Source: Eutreptiella sp. 'Long Island Sound 2002' (taxonomy: Eukaryota; Protista; Euglenida). From it: 64,000 nucleotides of DNA. The position numbers and the translations under genes were made by a program. Under the pieces are notes generated by a model. It saw nothing but the letters and a program-made list of their open reading frames with translations. It had not been told where the DNA came from and searched no databases. The stretch is from NCBI GenBank assembly GCA_964036045.1, contig OZ038378.1, forward strand, positions 166,718,001 to 166,782,000, in the 5' to 3' direction. Shown one piece after another: positions 12,201 to 25,600 of this stretch. Position 1 is the stretch's first letter. Each line of letters starts with the position of its first letter.

Positions 12201-15200
12201 ACCTTCGTGGCATCTGCTGAATAGTGTTGTCCCTGCTGTACCTCGGCCATGGGCATGATGAGGGTACAGTTAGAGATACAGGTTATGCTGAGGCACTAGC
12301 GACTCGTTATCAGTCCCTTCTGGGGCGCGGGGTTCGCCAAGGACAGCCCAACTCCTGGGACGGCATGGCTCCGCTTATGTCATGCGGGCAGTGTGTGCGG
12401 CCCTGTGCAGACTGCCTAGGCCCGGTGGTGCCTCCCTGCGGCCTTGTGCGTCTTGCAAAGGCCTCGTGCTGATTTGCCCAGGCCTTTTGCATCCTTAATA
12501 TGCATTCCTTCCTTGTGCATCCTGCAAAGTTCTGGTGTTGACTGCCACAGATCCGTGCCCTTGTGCTCACTGCCTCAGAGTCAAGTGTCGCGCGCGGTCA
12601 GACTGCAATTGCTTCCTTAGCACTCATGCTGACACTCAAAAAAGTATATGCGAACAAAATATAAAAGAGATGTACATGCTTTTTTGGTTTTGTTTCATTT
12701 TTTTTTTCAGCACCCGCGTGACACTTGCATGACACTGACCCCACTGCCTAACCCCATGTGCACCCTCACCAGAATTGCATGTCTCATTGCACGTTTCCGG
12801 AGGTGGGGCTGCTTCAGGGGGCAGGGGTGAAGGTCTAAGAACCATTAGTCAGTAAAGTTGAGATGGGGGATAGTAGGCATGGGGAAAGCCCTTTGTTGCA
12901 CCCGATGTGCGTTTGCTCAAGATGCCCAGATTTATTATGGAGAAAAGCATGAAAGAAGCTTTTGAGCCCCCCCCCCAACCCCAATTCATCTGGTCCCTGA
13001 AGCATTACCCATCAGCCATTACCCCCCCCCCCCCTCCCCTGGGGGAGTGTTGGGGGGGACAGCTCCCCTTAGGTCCCCTGGGCCACACCCTTCACGCCCT
13101 GCCCAGGCCTCCCCCCTCCCCAAGCGAGCTTGTCAGGACAACGCAAAGCATTGTTTCTGCAACTCTTCGAATCGTGGAATTGGGCAGTCCCGTTTTCTGG
13201 TGGTCCGTGAAGATCAAGTTTGTCCTGTGGTTCAGGGCCTGGGACGGTATTTCCGCTGGAGCCTTACAGACAGCAACACAACAGCAGTCCTTCAGCCCCA
13301 CAAAGGCCCACTCTCTGCGCCGGATCGAACATGCCTCGTACTCGGCACAGGCCCCAGCCCAAGCTATGCAAGACAATGGTGATCAGGGTCCGAAGTTCGC
13401 ATCCTCTGGACATACATCGGAGTGGCATACCAACTTGTTTCATTAGTGCATGTGATATATAGATCATCGTCGACAGCTCCAGATGTGGGGTGCTTCACCG
13501 GGCAACCGCCACGCCAGAGGCATTACTGGAGGCTCTAAGGACTGTGCCTGTGGGCCTTCCACAGGTGTAACTTGGCCGGCCGCAAAAAGAATATGTACCA
13601 AACGCAGACCTGCCTACGGCACAGTCTGCCCCGCCGCATCGGCCTGCCCCCCGTGCGCAGACTTGTGGAGTGCACCTGCCCCCCTTCCTCCCCCCAACTC
13701 AAGATGCAGGTCCACACTTCATACGATGCAGCCGGACAGTATGAGAGGGTTCTACGGTGAATGGGATGATCGCGAGAGCAGCCAGCATAAAGTGGTTCAG
13801 TCCAGGGTGAAACATTGCTGGCGTCTAGACCCCTTTGGCGTCCCTTGGCCTACGGAGCCTGAACACAGCCCAGCATACGCCCAATGCCACGTCGCCCACA
13901 CTCAAACTGAAAGGAGCAGGTGTCAGAGAGACAAGTGGCCTTCCATGTGGTCTTCCGTGCCAGAGATGACGTCGCTTGCATCCCCGTTGGCATTGCAGCC
14001 GGGGCGTGAACAACAATTTCGTGGCGAGGACCAGTTTCCGCCGCACTTCAACAGAAGAAATGCAACTTCACGCCGTCTCACTGACCGTCGTGGGGTGGTC
14101 ACTAGCGGCAGGTGACATGTCAACCGCCAGCGATTCCAGGCCAACTGACGGCCAACCGATGGCGGTTGGCCACCCACAGTCGGCGGTTGGTGGCCTAATT
14201 GCAAGCGAAGCAGACATGGCTATCACACAAAATGGGTGATGTGTTACGCTGCATCATCTCTGGATGCCAGAGCACTGCCTGCGTACGTCATAAAGAGCGA
14301 CAATTCACTCCCGTGCCACCCCCGCTCAAGCTGAGGTGGGAGGAAGGGTGCCACAAACACAGTACTTGATTCAGGAACCTCGAGTCAAAATCGCAGGAGA
14401 GGATGCGCAGAATTTGGAGAAACACGAAGGGCCCCATCCTTCCACAGTGCCCAGCCTCTGCACTGCTTGCCAGACAACATCATGCTGATAATGGCAAGGG
14501 AGTCATGTACATGCTGCACGTGCCGCATTTCTTTTCAGAATGCGGGACGTGGCTGCCGGAGAGTTCAGCACACAACGCTGGACCTAGATACCTACCGAGG
14601 AATTGTGGCTGTTGGTGTCCGCAGCCTCTGCTAGGGGAGAGGCCGTGGAGAAAGATGGGAAGGGGATGGGAGGACAGAGCCTTCTGCTGCATGGCCATCA
14701 TATCAAAGATGCGGGATGCGGGCAAGTACGGAAACTAAAGAGGTTGAAATTCTCGGGTTCCTCGGCAAACGATAACCAGGGATTGTCAACAACCTTGTGG
14801 CATTGGGAGGCAATTCTAACACAACAGCAAAAAATGGAGCCCTTTTTGCATATGTACATGACACACGACAGTGAGTCGTGGCCATTTATCCAAATAGCAG
14901 TAATAGGAGCAGCAGATACCCCATTGTGTGGCTCGCCGTGTTTAATTGTTTTTGAATTTTACGACACGCAACTGCAACAAGACTAAACATCCAGTTCCCC
15001 AGCTGCAGTGCGTGGGCACAGGAGGGAGACGGCTCAGGGAGGGGGGGCGCGAAAGAAGAGGGGGCGGGGGATGCTATGAACAAATTTTCTGCAATACTTG
15101 AAAGAAGCAAAAGAGCCGTCAGAAGGCAACGCCAACCGCTAATCCTCGTATCTACCACATCCAATGCTACAACAGCATTTTTGGCAAACCTCTCACCCAG

Positions 15201-17536
15201 CGCACTTGGAGCCTGTGGGCTAGCACGCCGAAACTCAAGACGCCAAATCTTCCCCTGAAAAACCATACTTGCAAATTTTGTTCACGCAAAAGAGATCATC
15301 ACCCTTTGGTCTCTCCATTTCTCCCTGCACAGATAGGGGGGAGCCTTAGGTCGGGGAGAGGTGTCACAGACGAGGCACAAGCCCTACTTCTCCCACACCC
15401 TGCGGGGGTGTGGACAGCGCAAGGAGGACCTGGTCAACGGCACAGGATCACCCCCCCCCCCCCCGCGGCATGACAGTAGGGTACGGGGGCCAGACAGCCC
15501 CCCTGCTGGATTCCCCAGACCCCCTCCTCCCTCCCTTTCCCCGCCCAACAAACGCATGGACATGTTGGGCTGCCTGCCTATCCTTAATCAGCGCAATTTT
15601 TCTCTCGTTTTTTGTTTTTTCCTCAGGACAGCCCTACAGTACAGCCGTCCAGGCCAGTGGTTAACCGCCAACGTCCAGCATTGAAGCGCCAAGCGCCGGG
15701 ACTTAACTGCGGCTGGTGGTTAATGGCCAAAATTCGATTCATTGAGCACCAATTGTTCGTTTCATTTAGCACTTTCAATGACAACGGCAGCTTGTTTGCC
15801 TGGCGCACGCTCGCACGCGCAGGGTGCCTGTTTTGCCAACGACCCCCTGGTCTGACTGCCCAAAACGACCCCAGCGGGCAGGAAAATGGTGCTCCAGTGA
15901 CCCAATTAGACCCGACAGTCAACAGCAAGTGGCATGCTGTGAATATGGGCTGCATACGCCGGAGCCCAAAGCTCTGCCATCCAAGCCCCCAACGCAGGCA
16001 CGGGGAATGGAAGAGGCTGGGAAAAGCTGAGCAGTGCCATGCAACATTTCCAGGGGCTCAAAACGCATGTTATTACTGTACCGGGACACAAATCATAGAG
16101 CCCAGGAGCGATGTATATGTATGTACCACGAGTAAAGCAAAGTCACAAAGCGGAGGGCAGGGGCGATTAAGGTCCAAATCTCCGTGTTCTCACAGCAAGA
16201 GGGAAACCCGCATGGGTCAAAAGTTGTGGATCTCCAGCGGTGAAACCTCTATGAGGCAAACCAGCTGGGCCAGAGAACAGCCCAGCCACCCACTTTGGTT
16301 AACCACCCCTCAGGTGTGACGGGTGTCACGGAGTGGGGCAAACCGCGATGGAACCGAAGCATGAAGCATTTGATCCCACAACTTTGAGAGGGTTCTCCTG
16401 ATTTAGATCTGCTGCACCTCATATCATATTATGGGGATCGCAGTAGAACAGCCTGAGGCTACTGCAGTGTCTGAACAAATCTCCAAATAACAAGGGAAAT
16501 GGGTGGCATTAGTTTGCGCTACATCAGTGCACATCTGTACGGTTGACGGAGGGTATTCCGTTCTTCCGCACACCATCCCACCCACAGGACGTCGCTGTGA
16601 ACTCTTGGGTTAGAGTTGGGTTGCCAGTATACTGATCCACTCTAACGCTCATTTCAAACATCCCCCTTGTCTACCGAACACGTTGGATGCTGGTGCGGAG
16701 GTTGCATACTGGTGTCTCTCCGACAAAGGCGTGCCGTGCATCCGGCATTCCTGTGCACGCGCCGTGCATGCGCTGCTGCACTGTTCCACGTCCCGCCCCC
16801 ATGAGAGGGGGCCCGCTGCAGGTGTGCATCTTGCAGGCCATCAGCCCCCCAGCCTGTCCGTCCGCCCTGCAGCGGGCCCAGGCCGGCGAGTGGAGCCCTG
16901 GGGCTTAGCAGACTCCCGGAGCGTCTGCCATAAGGGCTTGAGGTGGATCCGGGTGGCTGCCTGCGCCCTGGGGGTCGAGCACTGAGGCAAGGGGGCACCC
17001 CTGCCCCCACTGGTCCCCACAAAGATCATGCTCGGGTCCGGGCGGTCGCCATAGGTCAAGGCTCATGCGCCCCAGCACCGCTGGTGCGCGATATGCATGC
17101 CCACAGGGCTGAACGGTGTACAGAGTCGCCAGGGACGCCATTGAGCTTCCCCAACACGCCTGTAAGCCTCAATATTGGCCTCCAGATCGAAGTCCAAATC
17201 CAACCCCTTGCCCAGCCCCTACCCTGCCCACCCAGCCCCCTTGCCCTGCACCCCCCAATGCCAATGTGACAACATACGAAGGACAAACCCGAAACCATAT
17301 GCACCAACACCATAACATGGCTTTGGATTCAAACCGCACCTTGCAATTACTGCTGGTAGTTCTCTCATTGCGTGCACAACTTGCAGCAGTCCCCTCTTAA
17401 GCCCTAATGGACCAGCAGAGACCCACGTCATGTCAACATGGTTGAACTTCAACTACTGACAGCACATCATCTCGAGATCAAGACCACCAAACCCTGGTAT
17501 CAACAGTAACGGTGCTGTGGGGCCGGGAGCTGGCCG

Positions 17537-17713
17537 CTAATTCGCCATTGTGCTGGCAGGCTTGGCCCTCTTGCGGCCCATGATGCGGCAGCCGCGAAGG
17601 TTCTGAGGTTTGTCTTCAAATCCTTCGGACCACTGAACCGCCTGGCACACATTCGGGAACCTGAGGGGCACGTGAAGGTATGTATGCGCTGGTACATATG
17701 CCTCAAGAAAGCA
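17537..17713 (-). CDS. SAM-dependent methyltransferase, terminal exon (CFLEAYVPAH...NLRGCRIMGRKRAKPASTMAN*)
   Basis: Acceptor ttctgtcag (AG ending 17714) is phase 0 and matches the donor at 20859. The NLRGCRIMGRK motif fits a methyltransferase C-terminal strand. Stop TAG at 17537-17539. Confidence 0.6.
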   Translation of the reverse strand, partial: CFLEAYVPAHTYLHVPLRFPNVCQAVQWSEGFEDKPQNLRGCRIMGRKRAKPASTMAN

Positions 17714-18714
17714 CTGACAGAAGTCAATATGTAGTACTTGAGGCCGCCCTGATCGCAGTGAACATGGGCATTGCATGACGATTGGGGGTCCTCTTTGGGT
17801 ATGGTCTTGTCTCAGGCTAGAGTCTTTTTGATACAGCAAATTCAGTCCGAGACTGTAAAAATGATAAATGACTGAGATCTGCTTGCGGGTGGACCCAAAA
17901 CCACTGAGCATCTCGCCCACCATTGGCCACTTGGCTTGAGTTGAGGCCTCACGCTGGTTCCTCAAGCGGGCACCCAATCCGAAAATGTGTACATCACGCT
18001 CCGGGCACCGCAAGGAAACAGCCTTTTCAGGACAACCATACAGAACCCCCGACAGAAACCCCAAGCAATACATCATATCTTCAAATGTTGTGCAATATTC
18101 CTCTCCTATTTCTTCCCAAATGAAACCTTCCACAAAAATCTGTTCAAACACAAAAGTGCTATACGTTCCCATTCACAAAATTCAGATTCATCAACCTCTC
18201 TTTTCCAAGAATTGATGAATCCTCGATTTCGAAACAGCAAACAAGCAAACTTCAATGGGGTTGATGGATGTAAGTAATCTTGGAAGTTCTCTCCAAAGGC
18301 TTTCTTTCCTTGGGCGGCTAAAGAAAAAATGCAGGTGGTGTTGCATTGTGCCCCCTCAGTCAACCGCCGCAACCGTGGCTTAACCATACAGTAGTGTGTG
18401 ATGTAAAGACCATGATGTGAAACCTTCTTGGGCATGCCACACGCAAAAACCTATGAACCTGCCATGTGTTGCAGTGTACCACAACAGTCACAACGACAGC
18501 CATACAACGCATGGGCATCACCTTTAGTCACTTGCATGACGTTGTTTTTATGAAGGAATGCACCGCCGTTGAACCAGTTTCGCCCAGCTCGATGTGGCTC
18601 AATGGATGTGGGTGACGATGGTGTGCGCAAGAAGACCAAAAAGCAGAAAACAGTGGGGGGGGGGGGGAAGATGAGGAGAGCCCAAAAAGGATGGTGGCAA
18701 GGATCTAGCACTAG

Positions 18715-19749
18715 GTGAGAGCGTCCCGGACAAGGTGTCTGGCTCAACCAGTGTTGTGGGTGGGCTCAACCGGATCAACCGGGGCCTTCAACCCGGTTTC
18801 ATTTCGGTTTCACAAATGGTGGGAACTGTTGTGTCCCCTTTTGTGTCCTGCAGGAGCAACTCTGACTTGCACGCTTGAAGGCGGAGGGGAAGCAGGAGGC
18901 TTCACGACACAAACACGGCCTCCCACCAAAGGTGGTCATTGGCTGGGTACTCACGGAAGAAGTAGGCACTACACGGGTGTACATGGGCACCATGGTGAAG
19001 CCAACAAAGACGGGACTAAAGCCAATGAGGAGTTGACCCACATCCCACCAGGTCAGGGTCCAGCAGGTAGTGACCCTGCATCTCAAGGGAAGAAGGTGGT
19101 GTGGCCAGTGATGGGGGTGCCAAAGAAGACAAGTTTCACACCCCAAGAGGATGCGGAAAGTGCCTTCCTTGCAGTACAATCAAAGGAGGCTATTATGGAT
19201 GAGCCATTGGCATCAGTCAAGGATGGGAGCAACGTGGGTGAGAAGGACGTAGAGGCCATTGTTGAGGAGGCCGAAGTTGAGGAGTCCGTTGCACCAAAAG
19301 AGGAGAGGAATGACGTGGAACAGGAGGAGATGGAAAAGGATACCGTTGAGGAGGTGGTGGAACAAAAATTTGAGGGCAACGAACCGCTGAAGGAATGTGC
19401 AGCGCTAGCGGTTGAGAAGCCCCTCATACCAAAGGAGGAGGAGAAATTAGTGGATGAGGCAATGGTGGATGCTGATGTTGACAGGGATGCAGTGCGGGAA
19501 GAAGGTGCACCAAATGCCATTGTGGAGACACAAGCCACGCCAGCACTATGGGATTCCAAATGGCTCATACTGTGGAGCAAATTCAACAAGCATGAGCCAA
19601 CTTTTCATACAGGGCAAGGTTACAATTTGAAATTCCAGATGGCTACTTTATACCTTAAATCTCAAATTGTAGCTGGTGATTCAAGTGCACCACAAGTGGG
19701 GCACCCACTAGCTCCTTCTCCTAGAGGGGGAGGGGCAACCAAAACGTAA
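18715..19749 (+). CDS. Acidic low-complexity ORF of unknown function, antisense inside a methyltransferase intron (possible transposon-derived fragment)
   Basis: 344-codon open frame, E/K/V-rich, with a globular-looking C-terminal stretch WLILWSKFNKHEPTFHTGQGYNLKFQMATLYLK. No family recognised. Confidence 0.3.
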   Translation: MRASRTRCLAQPVLWVGSTGSTGAFNPVSFRFHKWWELLCPLLCPAGATLTCTLEGGGEAGGFTTQTRPPTKGGHWLGTHGRSRHYTGVHGHHGEANKDGTKANEELTHIPPGQGPAGSDPASQGKKVVWPVMGVPKKTSFTPQEDAESAFLAVQSKEAIMDEPLASVKDGSNVGEKDVEAIVEEAEVEESVAPKEERNDVEQEEMEKDTVEEVVEQKFEGNEPLKECAALAVEKPLIPKEEEKLVDEAMVDADVDRDAVREEGAPNAIVETQATPALWDSKWLILWSKFNKHEPTFHTGQGYNLKFQMATLYLKSQIVAGDSSAPQVGHPLAPSPRGGGATKT

Positions 19750-20859
19750 ATCAGACCACCAGAAAAATCCTATTGCGCTTCACGATGTACAGTGAACACA
19801 CAAATGGGGAAAGCTGTAGTTGCCGATGGGAGAAGCGCTTGGAAAATTTGCAAGTAAAATACGGCAGGATTCATTTCGTTAGCACTGTAGGGCATGTGTT
19901 AACGGGAGCTTTTCGCATTAACCTTGCCATCATTGATGCCATCCCATGTCGCGTCCACATTTTTCATTCTTTGCCGCCAGGAAACACACATAGTGAAAAA
20001 GGTAAATAAGGGTATGGCTTTCAAATTGAACATTCGTCGTTTTTTTTCCTGTACAGATTCAGTGTGGTTACAGGGCCAGGCAGGCAGCCTTTCACATTCA
20101 GGTTGTAACCAGCAGTGACATGTCACATCCACAGGCCATGGCACTTGACGCCATTTCCAGCCCCCGACGCTGGAAAGGGTGAAGTGGCCAGTGGCCTTTG
20201 TAGATGGTACGATGCAAAGGGGGATTTCGGAACCCCGAGCCCTGCCCAGGGCCGGCTATGGCCCAATTAAAAGCCCCTGGCTTTCTGTTTTGGGGCGTTT
20301 TTTGTGGTAGCATTGGTGTTGTCAGGGCTGTCCTTAACATACAAAAAAAAATAATCTTGTCCATGTACGCTTGAATTAACAACTGCACACACCGCCATGG
20401 AGAAGGCAACCCTCAGTGAAATCAGTGGAATACCAACCATGTAGTGCAAACACCCGCCCAGGGCTGTCCTTTAACAACACATCGTTTTTGTTTTCACTAA
20501 GGAGCGCCTCTTATTAAGAACAGCTCTTTGGACCGGCGCATAACTGGGAATCGCTGGCGGTTCATGGCCAAATTATTCTTCAGTAAGCATCGACTGCAAG
20601 TGAAGCTTAATAGTGACACTCTTGAAACGGATGTATCACTGGATGATCTGAAATTTTGCAGTGTAGTGCCTGGTCGTCTTTGGCCTGTAGTGTGACAAAC
20701 AGCGAATCCTAATTGCCGATAAAAATTAGTGAAAGGTGAAGCACCCTGCCCCCGCATGCCCCAGCCTTCTGTGGAATACGCCTGAAGGGATTGTGACGCG
20801 GAATGCACCGGATCCATGGAGCACTTGGCATACCTCTCATTGCGGTTACTGCACCGGAC

Positions 20860-20968
20860 CTTGTGAAACAGATTGGCCACCGCCATATAGAAGTGCCCCA
20901 ACTCCGTGACATAATCCAGCCCATGCTCAACCTCTAACTTCTGCCTGTTTGCCAAGAACGCCTCGCAC
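20860..20968 (-). CDS. SAM-dependent methyltransferase exon (CEAFLANRQKLEVEHGLDYVTELGHFYMAVANLFHK)
   Basis: Acceptor gtatttcag (phase 2) and donor AAG|gtccgg (phase 0). Phases match both neighbouring exons. Confidence 0.8.
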
Positions 20969-21461
20969 CTGAAATACAGCGGAAATATGCAACTGTGGGT
21001 GTGTCAGGGGGTGCGTTGCAAGGGGCAACACAAATGGGTCACCGGACAGGAACTGGGCAGTTGGGAGGTCATTGTCTTGTGTTTGTTTTCTTTGAAGTTG
21101 TGACGGAAGCTGGGCACAAAATGGGGAAATTGCACAATTCGTGCACAACAAGTGTCACAACAAACTACAAGGTATCTGGGACACGTAACACGAAACGATG
21201 GCGCAGATGTTGAAGAAAGAAGTGTATGCAAGTCAGAAATATCAATATACAAACTCGGTTCACGACGCAAGGACCGTGAGTCCCGGCGCTAGGCAGAGGA
21301 ACGTGCTCTCTAAAAGGGTGTGCTCAAGTATGGACTCCCAGTGAGCAATGTACATGGGACGACGTGCAGTACCCTGAGCGAACAGCACAACACGCTGCAT
21401 TGTATCGTGCATCTGGATGCAGTCGAAGGCTGTATTCTTATGGGACATTTGAATGACGTAC

Positions 21462-21692
21462 CTTTCCCATATGAACGTGCACCACCGGTCAGTCATGTCC
21501 ACAAACTCCTCTACCACAAGACCATTGGCCTCCAGCAGCTCACGCAGCCTTGTCTCAGTGATAGGGGCACCGTTCGGTACCGAGACATCGTCCTTCAGGC
21601 GCTGCTGGTCCTCCGGACACAGCTCCGTGTCGTCAGCCAAGAAGTAGTCTTCAATCATGAAATAGCCATTGTCCGCTAGGCATTGCCCGCAC
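21462..21692 (-). CDS. SAM-dependent methyltransferase exon (CGQCLADNGYFMIEDY...LEANGLVVEEFVDMTDRWCTFIWER)
   Basis: Acceptor ccttcacag (phase 2) and donor AG|gtacgt (phase 2). The L..nG.f.ieDy and D.T..W motifs are typical of class I methyltransferases. Confidence 0.85.
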
Positions 21693-22065
21693 CTGTGAAG
21701 GTCCAGAACAAATTGATAATCCAAGGGGGAGTATCTGCACCGCGTGCTCTACTTCTCACAAAATGCCCCCCAAGGAGAGGGGGCGCTTGGGTACAAGACC
21801 TCTGTAAACCTCCCTCCATCTTGCCCAATCCAGCGCCTCCCAAGGTGAAAATACATAAGATGGCCCCTTGGGAGCAACCACCACTCTAGTTTGGGGTCTC
21901 CCTGCCGGATTGTCGGTTTTTCCTACCCCTGTCCTGATCCTGGAGAGAAATTGTTGCTCCTCCGGCCTGACCGCCGGTTGGTCTACAGCTGCTTGGTCGG
22001 GCCAGACGATGAGATCTCTGTGCAGGGTTTCCACTGATTCGGAATAAAAAAAATCTTTTTGATTC

Positions 22066-22125
22066 GGAAATATTCGGAAATATTCGGAAATATTCGGAAA
22101 TATTCGGAAATATTCGGAAATATTC
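22066..22125. repeat. Six tandem copies of the decamer GGAAATATTC
   Basis: Read directly from the sequence. Confidence 0.95.
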
Positions 22126-22591
22126 AGATTGTTAAAAAACACACTGTTGCTCTTTGTAAATGCCCGTGGATGTCCTCTGGATGTTTGCTGTTCATACCAC
22201 AAGTCCCATACTCCCAATTTCTGCACCCTGAATTTGCCACAGTTTGAATGAGCATGAAACGCGGGAATTAATCACAGAAACGTACAACAACCAGTGCCTG
22301 GTAATGTTTTACTTCTTCACAACCCTCTGCTTGTGTCATCTGGAAATTGAGCAGCCCATTTGGCTGCAGTCATATGTTTGCCACGCTTTCTTGCTTGCAA
22401 TGGTTGTTTACCCGATGGTGCTAGTTGTTGCTTGCTCTGATGGAAATTCATCAGGTGTAGGCACAGGCATGGATGTGTTGACAGAGCTGGAAAATCGGGG
22501 GGAAGGAGTGTGCACCATACCCAGAGTACATCCCCCACAACACAGGAGACCCTCCCCGTATCCCGCCAAAACCCGAATGCTCACCCTTCTC

Positions 22592-22684
22592 ATATTCGGA
22601 AATATTCGGATATATTCGGAATATTCAGAATTAGCAGGTCCAGCTCTGTTTCGGAAATAGTCGGAAATATTCGGAAATATTCGT
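22592..22684. repeat. Second, degenerate cluster of (T)TCGGAAATAT decamers
   Basis: catattcggaaatattcggatatattcggaatattcag...ttcggaaatagtcggaaatattcggaaatattcg. Confidence 0.9.
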
Positions 22685-25600
22685 TTCTGAATGAGCGGGA
22701 AACCCTGCTCTGTGCCACGTGCCGCATCAGGTGCTCCCTGAAAGGTGCCGCTTGCGACAAATGTCAAGGTAAGTTACTTTTCCATCAAAACCCCAATCTG
22801 CAACAACCACGCTATGTCTAAAAGGCCCGTACCTTGAAGGAGCAGCACGGGGTGGAACACACTAACTGACCACTGGCATACCCCACGAACATGCTAACCA
22901 TGCAATGTGGGGAGGAAGTGTTTAGGCAGACAGGTGGATTCGTGTTTTTTTCCAAAAAAAATTTGCGGTCGTCCTCCAAAGCCCGGGGGTCAGTCTCGGT
23001 AGGATTTTGATGGTCCTGTCAATTGCCCTTTTTGGGGGGGAAGGTCCGGCTGGAGGGCTCTATCGACCCCCCCCCCCCCGAAACGAAGTCCCGGCTGCCC
23101 CAGCAGTGGCCAACCACGTCCAATTTATGATTCAACAGGATCCAGCTGCACCACACGTGAGTACTGGGGGTGAACCATCATTTGGTGACCAAGACCCAAA
23201 AATCAAGAAAAAAATAAAATGGGATTTTTGGAATCTGGCAGTGGCTCGTTGTCATCTTTCGTGAAGGAAGTCCTCGGCTTGGTGATACAGTGTGTGGGCT
23301 GCCCGCTTTGCAGGCATGTGACGGAGTCTGGGACCAGTGGCGTCAAGCAGGGACGCATTAGTAGGAGAGGACTGGGGGTGGGGGAAGATGGGATTCAAGG
23401 ATTTGTGGACCAAAAAACGTCCAAAAAAGGTTGTCTTTTATAAAGTTTGATTTTTCCCTGAGGAACTTTTTGTAGGACCCAGGGGAGGGAGGTGCGGGGG
23501 GGGGGGGGGGCTCCTTTTCAAAAATTTTCCGTTCTAGTGTGTTCATGGTAAGGACGGAGTTTTGAGGGTGAGTGTGGAATGGCGGTGCTACAACTCGCAT
23601 TTGTAGTGTTGTGCAGCGGGCGGGGGGGAGGGGGGGGAGAGCCTGCAGTGTCTTGCACAACCAGTTTTCCTAAACCCCCCCCCCACTTTTTGTTATGTTA
23701 ACGAATGGTGGGGCAGTTGGTGGAGAGGTTGAACTGTTGACAAAAAGTGGGGGCGTTAACGAATTTCATCGCACTGCAGAATTTGTCCCTTTGTCTTTGT
23801 CTTGATGTTGAGCAGAATGTACGTATGTATGTTGAGAAGCGTCACAAGGCTGAGGATGACCCTCAGCCTGACCCTATGGAGCCTTTGGTAAAGCAGCAAC
23901 ACACTTCCAAGCAACTTTCTTTGATGTCCTTTTTCAAACCAAACATCCCAAACTAATGTGGTCTTATGTGTTTCTCCAAAAATACTTGCCCATTTGTGTT
24001 GCTGCCATATTTGATGGAGGATTTAGTGAGTCAAAACTGTCACTGTTAACCAATTGTGGGGAACATGGTCTGCAAAGTCAACTGTTAACAAATCCCCGGG
24101 CCGTTACCAAAATTGGGTGTTAACAAAAAGTGGGAGGAGGGGGGGTTAGAGGCTCTGGGCCTCCAGGTGCCTGTGTGGAGGGGATTGGAGAGTCGGTTTG
24201 CGAACCATGGCAACTGGTCACCGATGATGGCTCATGGTTTCTGACTTGGATTTCAGCAGCAGGCGCGAAGAACGCGGGGAGGGGGGCTGGCATGACGCCT
24301 GGTTGTGTTGCTGTCTGCAGCTGGCGGCGTCTAGTGGCCTCTCGCCACTTCCCCTTGCCCTTTCCTTGAACCATTTCCCTCCGGCGGCGGCGCCCATCAG
24401 CCTCTCCCGTCTTTGTGCACTCCCTCTCCCTGCCTGGCCTATACTTACACACCCTTCCTTCCCCTTGGGAGGTTGTGCCAATGGAGCTCCTGGACTGTCC
24501 CTGTTTCACTGCTCTGTGCCGGGTCCCCACGGAGGAGGGCAACTGCCCTCGCCATTGGCCACGTGCGTCCAAGTGGACACCCCAAACCAGGGGGAGGGGG
24601 GGGTAGGTGTTGCCATATAGGCTGGGTAATTATGCCGGTTGGTACTTCCGGATGTGGACAACGGTTCCACCTTTCGAGCGGAAGTTGTGTATGATGTCTG
24701 TCCTCAGACGGTGGGGAGACGGATTTCTGGCAGACGAGAGTGGGACTGGTTCCTTCTGCTCACAGGTGCCGCTTCTGCCCCTGTGGCGTCCACCCCACCG
24801 CCGGCGCCGGGCAGCCTGCACGTTCAGTCATTCCTAACTGTAAAGATTTGTAGTGTGCTCTCCACCACTGAAAAGAGGGGGGGGGGGGGGGGCATCAAGG
24901 CCGAGTAAGTGCGCAGGTTGATACCTCTGGGTGTACGCACTGGTTTGGGTTTTCAGGCGGAAGCCGTCCACATCGCTTGCCCACAGGCGGTGGGGGAAAA
25001 ATAGTTTCCGCAGGTCAAAATGCGACAGGGTGAGAGAGGGGGGGATGGGGGGGACCTTGTGGATCGGCGACGGTGTGGGCATGGCGGCAGCGGCTCAGCC
25101 CGGCAGACACACAAAGTGGGCCGCGGTCCGGCCGGCCTTCAGACCGTGCTTCGGCAAGCCGAATCGACCGGCGGATACCGCCGCCCCACCCCACCCCATG
25201 GCTAGCACCCATGGCCTTGTGTGACATTCACGTTGCTGGTTGTGGTGAGCACCTCCCAGCCTGGGGTCTTCCTGATGAGCGCATAAGGCCGTCAGGGGAG
25301 GACGCAATGGCAGAAATTGCATTCTGGATTCCCACCCAGGAAGGTGGATGCCCGGGGCAGTACAGATGCCTGCTGGTCATAGCAGAAGGTTCAAAGGCGA
25401 GAGGCCAATAGGCGCCGCCACAGGCTAACAGAGCCAACCCCCAAGGCCTCGTGCCAACCCCCCCACCCCCATCCCCGCCCTCCCACCCCGTGTTTCCACC
25501 ATGTCGGTACCCCCGCCATGGCGGTACCCCCGGCGCACGTGCCCGGGTGCAACCGCTTTGAGGGTGCCTTGGGGCTCCCCCGCATTACCTCTTCGCATCT

